Of a stretch of DNA of 64,000 nucleotides, positions 40,462 through 49,500 are shown piece by piece. Where the stretch lies: assembly GCA_963700635.1 (NCBI GenBank), contig CAVOYH010000003.1, positions 320,001 to 384,000 of the forward strand. Reading direction: 5' to 3'. Origin of the DNA: an uncultured Bacteroidota bacterium. GTDB taxonomy: Bacteria; Bacteroidota; Ignavibacteria; UBA10030; UBA6906. Both the position numbers and the translations under genes were made by a program. Below the pieces are notes generated by a model. The model was not told the DNA's origin and searched no databases. It saw only the letters and a program-made list of their open reading frames with translations. Every line of letters starts with the position of its first letter. The stretch's first letter is position 1.

Positions 40462-41556
40462 GTGAATCCTGAACAGCAAAGGCCACTGATCGTGACGGGC
40501 GCCAGGGATCTGGGACCGCAGTTCACGCAGAATGCACACCGCATGATAGGTCAGGACGGCGCCTACTCTATTCCCTGCGGAGAACAGGTATTGTGGTACT
40601 TCGGTGACACACTCACCGGGAAGCGCACGCCGGGAGAAAGTCTCTGGTATCCCGGCGGCAATCCGGTCGGTCCCCACGACATGTCCGGCAGACGGGGCAT
40701 TGAACGGATGCTCAACAATACCGGCCTTCTCCTTCCCTATCAGGACGCACAAGACGGTCTGTCGGATTTCCGTTACATCTGCGACGCACACAACGCTCTC
40801 CGCACCCTCATCCCTCTCGAAGCAGACGAACACCCGGACAAACACCGCGTGTGGTGCCTCCATGGTATCTGTCTTGATGCCAAAGTCGTGCTCTACTTTG
40901 TGAAGGTGGAGATGCTCGCCGATGGGCCGTTCCCAGTAAACTTCCGGATAGTCGGATCAGGTATGGCGACAGGAAATTCCACAGAGTGGGTATTCCGGAG
41001 AACGTACAGGGATACTTCGTGCATACTCTGGGGGGAGCATGAGCCACATTTTGCCACGGCGGTCTTGCGGTCAGAGAACGATGGTTGGATCTATCTGTAT
41101 GGATCCAGGCAGGATTCTTCAGGGACTCAATCAGCATACCTTGCCCGGAGCCGGCCTGAACACATCGATCGTGCGGAATTGTATGAATACTGTGTATCGT
41201 CCGGCCCCTCCTGGAGCCCTTCAGTACAAGCCGCCGTTCCCGTATTTCAGGATATGCCAAACGAACTGTCCGTATCCTTCAACAGGCACCTCGGCCGGTA
41301 CCTCGCAGTACATTCTCTGGGGCTGACCGGTGATATTGTCGCCCGTACCGCGCCCTTTCCCTGGGGACCATGGAGCTCACCGACCGTACTATGGAGCGTA
41401 CGACCGGTCCGTGAACGCCCTCTTCCGTATCCGCCGCTCGTGTATGCCGGCAAGGAACACCCGGAGTTAGGTCGTCAGAATGGTCAGGTGCTGTATATCA
41501 CCTATGTAGAGTTCGAAGAGTACTTTCCCCACCTTGTAGAGGTGACGCTCGCCTGA
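40462..41556 (+). CDS. DUF4185/DUF5005-like beta-propeller protein (GH183-related)
   Basis: GQDGAYS, LWYFGDT, GWIYLYG, NELSVSFN, RTAPFPWGPWS, YAGKEHP. GGGGAGG RBS. No signal peptide. Confidence 0.7.
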   Translation: MNPEQQRPLIVTGARDLGPQFTQNAHRMIGQDGAYSIPCGEQVLWYFGDTLTGKRTPGESLWYPGGNPVGPHDMSGRRGIERMLNNTGLLLPYQDAQDGLSDFRYICDAHNALRTLIPLEADEHPDKHRVWCLHGICLDAKVVLYFVKVEMLADGPFPVNFRIVGSGMATGNSTEWVFRRTYRDTSCILWGEHEPHFATAVLRSENDGWIYLYGSRQDSSGTQSAYLARSRPEHIDRAELYEYCVSSGPSWSPSVQAAVPVFQDMPNELSVSFNRHLGRYLAVHSLGLTGDIVARTAPFPWGPWSSPTVLWSVRPVRERPLPYPPLVYAGKEHPELGRQNGQVLYITYVEFEEYFPHLVEVTLA

Positions 41557-41582
41557 AGGTTCGGAGGGCGGGCCCGTCTGTT

Positions 41583-42560
41583 TTAAGAAGAAAGCTCCTG
41601 CTCCTCAACAAGCTCGGGGTGAGTTCCGGGGGCCGTGCGGGTCCTGAGATACTCAAGAGCCGAGAGAGCTGCGACTGTGCCGTCTGCCACGGCTGTGGTA
41701 ACCTGCCGGTAACGTTTAACGAGTGCGTCGCCTGCCGCAAAAACGCCCGGCACATCTGTTTCCAGCAGTGTGTCCGTAATGATTTCCCCGGCTTCGTTCA
41801 GTGCCACTTTGTCGCGCAACGATTCGGTGTTGGGGACATACCCTACAAACACAAACACTCCGTCAATGGGAACTTCGATGTGTTCCTTCGTCGTCACGTG
41901 TTCGATACGAACGTGTTCCAGTGCTCCCCCGCCGGAGAATTCTGAAATCCGCGATTCCATCAGAAAGCGGATTTTCGGGTTGGCGCGCGCCTCTTCGATG
42001 GCATGCGGGAACGCCTGGAAGTGGTCAAACTGATGCACGATCCTGACGGACCGCGCATACTTCGTGAGCGCGACAGCCTCTTCGAGCGCTGAATTGCCTC
42101 CCCCCACAACGATAATATCCTTGTCCTGAAAAAAATCCCCGTCACAGGTTGCACAGTATGAGATCCCTTTCCCCTTCAACCGGTCTTCACCGGGAACGCC
42201 AAGCGTGCGGGAGCGCCCCCCGGGGGCAAGGATCACCGTATGCGCCAGATAACGGTCTTTTCCGTTCACTTCGACACTCTTCACTTCGCCCCTGAGATCC
42301 AGGTCTGTCACTTTCACGTTTGTCCGGATGGTACATCCGAACTTCTGGGCTTGATTCCGCATTACGGTGGCGAGCTGATACCCTGAGGTGCTTTCAACGC
42401 CTGGATAATTGGCAATCTCGTGCGTGAGTACCAGTTGTCCACCCGCCGTGCCGTCGTTCAAAATCAGTGTCCGCGCTTTGGCCCGGGCCAGATAGATGCC
42501 GGCCGTTAGCCCGGCCGGTCCGGCTCCAATAACAATCACATCGTACGTGTTTGTATCCAT
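41583..42560 (-). CDS. trxB: Thioredoxin-disulfide reductase
   Basis: GAGPAG, GISYCATCDG, GGGNSA, GVFAAGD. Confidence 0.93.
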   Translation of the reverse strand: MDTNTYDVIVIGAGPAGLTAGIYLARAKARTLILNDGTAGGQLVLTHEIANYPGVESTSGYQLATVMRNQAQKFGCTIRTNVKVTDLDLRGEVKSVEVNGKDRYLAHTVILAPGGRSRTLGVPGEDRLKGKGISYCATCDGDFFQDKDIIVVGGGNSALEEAVALTKYARSVRIVHQFDHFQAFPHAIEEARANPKIRFLMESRISEFSGGGALEHVRIEHVTTKEHIEVPIDGVFVFVGYVPNTESLRDKVALNEAGEIITDTLLETDVPGVFAAGDALVKRYRQVTTAVADGTVAALSALEYLRTRTAPGTHPELVEEQELSS

Positions 42561-42587
42561 GGTGTGCCACTGTTCCTGACTGCTTTT

Positions 42588-42944
42588 TTAGGCTGATTGT
42601 TTTACGGCAAAGTGCTGATCAAGAATCTCCGTAACCTGGTCGCGCGTCTGAATGCTGCTCGTCGCGCTGGCGACTTTCCCATCCTTGAAGTACACGGTAA
42701 AGGGGAGACCGCGGAAGGTGCTGCATTCGGGCAGATTACGAATCAGGTGTCCGATCGGACCATCAAACTCCATGTCCCGGAACGTCACATTCTTGTACTC
42801 TCCTTCGAGCTCCTCCATAATACCGTACACGGGGATACACATCGGACCCATGCGCCCGCAGCATACCATGACGTGTTCGTTGTTCTTGAGGGTATCGTAA
42901 AAATCCTGTTCTGTGGAAATGTGTGTCAGGTTTGTCTGCAGCAT
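42588..42944 (-). CDS. Atypical thioredoxin-fold protein (CCGRMGPMC)
   Basis: Trx-like size and pattern with a cis-Pro motif (GLPFTVYFKDG), adjacent to trxB. Start at MLQTN. Confidence 0.82.
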   Translation of the reverse strand: MLQTNLTHISTEQDFYDTLKNNEHVMVCCGRMGPMCIPVYGIMEELEGEYKNVTFRDMEFDGPIGHLIRNLPECSTFRGLPFTVYFKDGKVASATSSIQTRDQVTEILDQHFAVKQSA

Positions 42945-43114
42945 GTGTTTCCTCACAGTTGTTAAGTAGCTGGTTACGTTCTGTCTATAGGATGCAGTTC
43001 GGGCGCACCGGGGGTCACACAAATGGAAGCAGAGAGTCTTTTTTGCCGTTTTTGGGGGATGCGGGGAGGCAGGGAACAGAATCCTGCACAATGCCGGGAG
43101 GTGTCCTACATAAA

Positions 43115-43142
43115 GCCGGGCCGATTCCTCGGTCGGCCCGGC
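43115..43142 (-). terminator. Probable intrinsic terminator after the DUF1059 gene
   Basis: GCCGGGCCGA/TCGGCCCGGC 10-bp stem followed by TTTATGT on the minus strand. Confidence 0.55.
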
Positions 43143-43158
43143 CGATTGCCGTGCCTGA

Positions 43159-43446
43159 TTACTTCTTCGATTTCCCTGTTTTTATAACGTGTTCAGACTT
43201 CATCATCCCTCTGACATCTTTCTCTGTAACCATTTTGTTGTGATGTGTTTTTGCATGTTCAATCACAATAGCGCAGAGTTCTTTCTCGTCGTGGCTCTGG
43301 ATCATGAACCCGCATGCCGGATCACACGAGACTGATTTTAGGGTGTGTTTGTCACCCCCCTGTGTGCCCTTTTCGTCGGCGCCCTGTGTCAGCGCGATGG
43401 GCAGGGAGAGAAGTAAAAAAAGGACGAGAATCGATGAGAGTTTCAT
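43159..43446 (-). CDS. DUF1059-like small metal-binding protein with signal peptide
   Basis: SCDPACGF...EKEL...EHAKTHH pattern, TAAGGAG RBS, hydrophobic N-terminus. Confidence 0.8.
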   Translation of the reverse strand: MKLSSILVLFLLLSLPIALTQGADEKGTQGGDKHTLKSVSCDPACGFMIQSHDEKELCAIVIEHAKTHHNKMVTEKDVRGMMKSEHVIKTGKSKK

Positions 43447-43765
43447 ACTGAGCTCCTTAACGTCTTGTCAGGAATTCTGTGATTTGAGACTATCAAAAAA
43501 GATGAAAGATGTACGCTGTGGAGAGAGAGGAGGGGGGCGGGCATGGAGAGAAAAAGGAGCCGCAAGACAGACGGTACACTGTGACGCACATCCGGATGAT
43601 TCCCCGTGCATCCGCACCAATTTCACGCAATTACGCACACTTCTTGAGGTATTCCGCGCCGACTCTGCCATCCCCGCCTGCCTCATGGTGCCCGCACTTC
43701 AAAGAACGCCCGTTAGTCCTTCAGAGTGAACACAGGGATTCAAAATAATGTTCCTGTGTACGGGT

Positions 43766-45610
43766 TCACGGGACCTGTTCGATGTGCACGCTGCTATCCC
43801 ATTGCCAGAGAGGAAAAATGGACGGCACTGCAGTTATCACCCCGCCGAACCCGACGAAGCGACGTGTCACCATATTGGAGGGGTTTACATGTAGAGCCTG
43901 AAGTCGATCTTCGAAAAAGCGGACTCCTGCCTTCCGTGCGAGTTCACCCACGGCGCGATTGAGCGCCTGTTGTTGACGGTCCGCGCGGACGATACGCCGG
44001 CCAACGGCCTTGAGTGAATCAGGAGGTGGGACGCTGTCCTGGACAACAATCCGCTTCCCCAGAACCTGAAAGACGCTGAATCCTTCACGCAGCCGGACCG
44101 GTCCTCCGTACGCCCCTGAATCAGTCCACAGTGCGGCAATTCCGAGCTCCGGCATCGAGTCTACCCGGAAGAAGCCCGACTCTCCATTCCGGGATTTCCA
44201 GGCCGACCGCCGGGAAACAATTCGCGCAATGTCCGGAAACGACTCACCCCTGTCGGCCCGGTCCAGAGCACCCAACGCGATGGTCAGGCTTTCGGCAAGC
44301 ACTTCCCGGATATTCACCTCGTATGCGTGGCCAAATTCCTGCGTATGGTTCACGAGAAACGTCATCACCTCTTCATCGGTGACGTGCACCTCTTCCCGGA
44401 GGTCCCGGATGAGCGCTGACGAAGACCAGTATTCCTCCCAGATGCTGACATCGTGGCGGACAGCGGATGTGTTGTGGAGATTCTGCCGGTATCCCTCTCG
44501 TGCGAGTAACTCTGCGGCTACCATATCCTTGATCATGACGTTCAACCGATCACGAAATGGTTCCGGCTCCAGATCGTGAAAAGCAAAGTCATGGTACCGC
44601 ATGGCATCGATGACGTCCCGAACAGAAAGGTCTCCTCCGGATGCGGTAACGAGAGTGCGGTTCAGATCATTGCCCAGTGTCTGTCCCGCAGCATCAAGCT
44701 CGGGGCCCCCGAGCCGGTATCCGGCGCGTGATGCCCGGGACTGGGCATCGGTCGTCATGACGGTGTGGAGGGCGGCCGCAAAATGTTCAAACATCTCAGG
44801 GTCTGCTTCCGCGCGAAGGCGCGAGAGAATCGAACCCGAATACTGGCGGGCCCTGATCTGCTGCTTGCGCGTCCGGATAATATTCTGCACCGCATGCAGG
44901 CGGTCCGGAATGGACTTCTTCACCGCTTCCGCGTACGGGTGCTCAGTGAGCAGGGATACGACACCCCAGCCATACAGATCGCTGCGCATGACCCCCGAAA
45001 GTGTGCGCCGGGGCGTGAGCGTATAGGCAGTATCTTCAAGCGTCAGGTCAGCACTGCCGTAGGCAAGGGTAAGCGTGTCAACACGGGTCAGAAGCTGCCG
45101 GGAGACCTGCTGCAAGAGGGTATCCACCACACCGCTTTTGCGGACAGTCCTCCGGAGTTCTTCTGCTGTTTCCTTCGATGGTGAACGCATGTACAGCAAG
45201 CGGAGCTCGCGGGGATACCGTTTCATCCCCTCACCCACCTCGTTGTCAGTAATCTGAACGCGGGCGATGACTTCCCGTTTGAACAGTTCATCACGAACCA
45301 TGAGTTGTTCCAGACCTGCAACGTGTCGCCGGGTTGTTGTATCCCGGCCGAGCCCCCGGACCGCCGCCTCCTGTGCCAGCAGTTTTTCAGCAACAAGCGA
45401 CCGCAGAGCGCGGATTTTAGCGCTATCGTGATCCTGGCGACTGTCCTTTCCGGGCCACGGCATCAACTCGAGACGTTCCAGAAAGTCCCGGGCGGTGATG
45501 ACCGATGTTCCCACCGTTGCAAGTGTATCCACAGGAAGCATTCCGCCCCGCTGCGCGGCTGCTTGAGAGAGGATTCCGAAGATAAGACACAACACATTCA
45601 GTGTTTTCAC
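43766..45610 (-). CDS. SurA/PrsA-like peptidyl-prolyl isomerase (parvulin) chaperone
   Basis: Signal peptide, TLATVG..ITARDF, SLVAEKLLAQEA..GL repeated twice, and a parvulin remnant GESFPDIA..S..NGESGFF..GP. Confidence 0.75.
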   Translation of the reverse strand: MKTLNVLCLIFGILSQAAAQRGGMLPVDTLATVGTSVITARDFLERLELMPWPGKDSRQDHDSAKIRALRSLVAEKLLAQEAAVRGLGRDTTTRRHVAGLEQLMVRDELFKREVIARVQITDNEVGEGMKRYPRELRLLYMRSPSKETAEELRRTVRKSGVVDTLLQQVSRQLLTRVDTLTLAYGSADLTLEDTAYTLTPRRTLSGVMRSDLYGWGVVSLLTEHPYAEAVKKSIPDRLHAVQNIIRTRKQQIRARQYSGSILSRLRAEADPEMFEHFAAALHTVMTTDAQSRASRAGYRLGGPELDAAGQTLGNDLNRTLVTASGGDLSVRDVIDAMRYHDFAFHDLEPEPFRDRLNVMIKDMVAAELLAREGYRQNLHNTSAVRHDVSIWEEYWSSSALIRDLREEVHVTDEEVMTFLVNHTQEFGHAYEVNIREVLAESLTIALGALDRADRGESFPDIARIVSRRSAWKSRNGESGFFRVDSMPELGIAALWTDSGAYGGPVRLREGFSVFQVLGKRIVVQDSVPPPDSLKAVGRRIVRADRQQQALNRAVGELARKAGVRFFEDRLQALHVNPSNMVTRRFVGFGGVITAVPSIFPLWQWDSSVHIEQVP

Positions 45611-45764
45611 GCGTAATTCCCTGGCACCATATGAATGATCCTGTTTCTCTCAAAATATACGGACTCTTCCTGAAGAACTCCACCTTCACAGGAAACAGAA
45701 GGGGGGCAACTTTTTAGGTGTTGATCCGTATATATCGAAAGGACAACGACTCACGGGGTGAGAT

Positions 45765-46205
45765 ATGGCGTTTCGGAGGCAGCAGGATGTCGAAGAACTG
45801 ACGTCCAGGGTAAGGGAAAATATGAAGCGATGGGGGATCACCGTGTCGTTTCTTGCCGGACAGCTTGGCGTTTCGCGCCAGTACGCCTGGCAGGTAGTCC
45901 ATTACCGCGCGCCCCTGTCCACGGAAAAAGCGGCAGAAATCGAGCGGGTGGTGGATACGATTATCGTGCAACGCCGTCATATTCGTTCTTTCGGTGAGCA
46001 GCTACGCGCGGCGCGTATCGCCTCCGGACTCACACTGAAGCAGGTGGCGGATATGATAGGGTATTCATGGGTGGGCGTTGAGCGGTGGGAAAAAAATATC
46101 TGTCGCCCCAAGCCCGGTGTGTTGTGGCATCTGTTTATGCTGTACGGGGATTCTTCTCATTCCATACGTCAAGGAATGCCACCGCTCGTCGCAAGTGCGG
46201 AATAA
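45765..46205 (+). CDS. XRE-family regulator with two HTH domains
   Basis: GITVSFLAGQLGVSRQYAWQ and FGEQLRAARIASGLTLKQVADMIGYSWVGVERWEKNICRP. Confidence 0.78.
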   Translation: MAFRRQQDVEELTSRVRENMKRWGITVSFLAGQLGVSRQYAWQVVHYRAPLSTEKAAEIERVVDTIIVQRRHIRSFGEQLRAARIASGLTLKQVADMIGYSWVGVERWEKNICRPKPGVLWHLFMLYGDSSHSIRQGMPPLVASAE

Positions 46206-46494
46206 CAATTGATCCCCCGACAACCAGCGCAACACTAAACGCATCCATCACCTCAGCATCCGTCACACCCTCTTCCTTGCATCGTTGGACGTGGTAGGCA
46301 ATGCAGTCATCACACCGCAGCACCGCGGAGGCCACAAGGCCGAGAAGCTCTTTGGTGCGCACATCAAGCGCACCCGGTTCATACGTCAGCGTATCCACCC
46401 CGAAAAACCGCTTGATCGCGCGATGATCCGTCGAAAGGATCCGGGCGTTCATCCTGCTCCGGAATTCGTTAAATTCATCCACTCTGTCAGCCAT
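46135..46494 (-). CDS. Carboxymuconolactone decarboxylase/AhpD-like protein
   Basis: GALDVRTKELLGLVASAVLRCDDCIAYH; GGAC RBS-like site. Confidence 0.9.
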   Translation of the reverse strand: MADRVDEFNEFRSRMNARILSTDHRAIKRFFGVDTLTYEPGALDVRTKELLGLVASAVLRCDDCIAYHVQRCKEEGVTDAEVMDAFSVALVVGGSIVIPHLRRAVAFLDVWNEKNPRTA

Positions 46495-46503
46495 AATGTC
46501 TCC

Positions 46504-49500
46504 TTAGTCGCCCCGCCGGTGCGGAGGTTGTTCTTCAAAGCGGACTTCAAAGCGTGTTCCATGATCCCGGCACACCGTGAGAATCCCCCCTATCTGGCGG
46601 GTCAGCGTGCTCACCAGTTGCAGACCAAGAGTTTCTGTGGTGGCAGGGTCCACCTCCGGAGGAAGCCCGACACCGTTGTCCTGCACCGTAAGAAGAAACT
46701 CGGTGTTGTCACGTTGCAGACGGATCGTAACAGTACTGCCCTCACCCCCCCGGAAGGCATGCTTCAAGGCATTGGAAACAAGCTCGTTGATCATCAGTCC
46801 GCACGGAATTGCCGTGTCCACCGTAAGGTACACTTCTTCCACATCCACCAGCAGTGAAACAGGAACTGGACCGGTCCGGTAGGTATGGAACAGATTGGTC
46901 GTCAGACGCCGGATGTAGTCCGCAAAATCGACCCTGGAGAGGTCCTCTGATTGGTAGAGCTCTTCATGGACGAGCGCCATGGATTTGACACGAGTCTGAC
47001 TTTCTTTCAGAATTGCCTGGATCTCCTCATTCGGGATTTTGGCGCTTTGCAGACTCAGCAGGCTGGTAATGATCTGAAGATTATTCTTGACCCTGTGGTG
47101 GATTTCTTTGAGGAGAATTTCCTTTTCCTCGAGAGAAGCCTTGATCTTGTTCTCCGTCTCTCTCCGCTCCGTGATTTCCCGGGCCACGCCAACAAGCGCG
47201 ACGGGCTGTCCCTGGTCATTCCGCACGGTGGACGTCCACAACTCGGCCGGGAATTCCTCACCATTCTTCCGTCGATTTATCACTTCTCCACTCCACCCCG
47301 ACCCACGGGTCCCGACACGGATACTCTCGGCTAATTCAGGGGGGGTCTTGGGGGACCGCACGATCATGACGTTTTTGCCGTTCAGCTCCTCCTCTGTGTA
47401 CCCGTAGGTGTCGACAAATGCCTGATTGACATACAGAATCAGATCGTCAAGATCGGTGATGACAAATGCATCTTTTGCACAGTTGAGCGTAAATGCAAGG
47501 AGCCGGAGTTGGCGCTCGGCCTGTTCTGTTTCACGGCGCGCAAGTTCGCGTTCTGTGATATCTTCACCGATCAGCAGCATTCCTTGCACAAGGCCTGTGC
47601 TTTCGTTCTGGGGGGAGAATGTCACCCTCAGCGTGCGACTGCGGCCGTCCTTATGAACAAAGGGCATCACTTGCACGACGGTCTCCTGCCCCCCCAGAAC
47701 CCGCATCGACACATCTACCAGGGCCTCACGGTGAGCAGGATCGTCGGAAGGTAAGAAGTGCTCAAGCGTGATTCGACCCACGGCTTCATCGGAGTTGAAA
47801 CCCAGCACATTGTAGGCTCCCGCATTCCAGAACCGAACCAATCCCTGGCGATCCGTGCTGATGATCGCTACCGTTGTGGAACTCTCGAGAATTTGCTGGA
47901 GGAATTGGACCGTGCTGCGGAGCGTCGCCTCCAGCTGTTTGCGTTCAGTCACATCCCGTGTGGAAAATGTGATTCGTGTTGCCTCCCCCCGGGGGTCCGG
48001 AACAGGGTGAAGGCTGTGCTCGAAGTGCTTCCCATCATGCTGATCTTCCAGCCGCAGAGCTTGTCCGCTCTGAATTACCTGCTCCATGGCAATCCGGCGT
48101 GAATCTACAAGAGCCGGGGGGATACGGGAGAAAAAGGATGATCCTGCCGGCGGGGCACCCGGTCGCGACCGGGCAGCCTGGTTTATGGCGAGCACTTTGC
48201 CGGTCGAATCGAGAAGATATGACGGATCAGCCGAAGCGTCCAACAGCGCCCGCGAAGTCTCATCCGTGATGCGGGTATCTGTCCGTTGACGGGTACGCCG
48301 GCGGAGTACTACCCAGCCCAGAGCAACAGTCGAACTTGCAAGAAAAATCAGGAGGAGCGCGAAGGCGGGTTGCAGAAACAGCGGAGACACAACCACAAAT
48401 CGAAGCACGGCACCGGAGGGATCAAATGACCCGTAAAGATCTTTCGCCTGGACAACGAAGGTGTGGTCGCCGGCTTCAAGTTCTTCGGCTACTGTCTCAC
48501 GGTGTCCCGACCAGGCACTCCATGGACCATCGTCGATGCGGAATCGAGTTTCCAGACCATCCGTCGACTGTTCGCCCCACCATGGATACGCATACCATCG
48601 GATGTGCGCGTGGTTCTCTTCAATGACCGGTTCCGCGAACACAATCCGGATGTGCGCCAGAGAATCCGTCGGCCTGTGCAGAATTGCAGTTCCGCCCCCC
48701 ACCGAACCGAGGTAGACGCGGGAGTCTTCAGGCAAGACCGGCCAGAGTGCCGTATGGGTCAACCCCGTACCGCCGTCAAACGTCGTCCATACACCATGGT
48801 AGAGACTGCTCGCCCCTCCCCGTGTCGAGATCCAGAGTCTGCCTGAATTCTCCCCGGCTACTTCCCAGACTCCATCATTGGCTAAACCATCAGCTGTTGT
48901 CAGATACCGGAACTGACCATTGGTGAATGAGCCCAGACCATGAACTTGATCGCCAAACCAGATTTCACCATCATGAGGTGCAAAAAGGGTAAACACACGG
49001 TCACTCCGCAACCCATCGCGCGTCGCCCAATGTTTCCAAACGCCCTTCGTCCATCGACTCAACCCCTTGATCGTGCCAAACCAGTACGTGCCCTCTGCTG
49101 ATTCGTCCATGGCATAGACGCTCGTGTGGAGGGGTTCATGTTCTTCACCCCACATCTCAAATCGATGTCCATCCCAGCGAAAGACCCCCGAACGTTGTAA
49201 CGACTTCTGTTGTGAGGTCATGCCGGTTTCCAGACCCAGGAACCAGAGGGTATTGCTCCGGTCACGAATGATACGATGGTAGAACCGGGAGTCCAGACCT
49301 TCCGCAGGTCCATACCGCGTCCATCGTTCCCCATCAAAACAGAAGGCTCCGGTGAATGCAGATCCGCTGGTCACCCACACATTCCCCTGCAGGTCCTCCA
49401 TGAGGCCCGTAATAGTACGAATCGGCAATCCATCAACAGAGGATATCTTCGAGCCTGCCCCCTGGCCTTCGTGAATTTCGATACCGCCCGTCGTGCCAAC

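Noticed and set aside
43730-43759. Hairpin ACACAGGGA...TTCCTGTGT after the PPIase-like gene
   Set aside because: Imperfect stem with no U tract; too weak to call a terminator.
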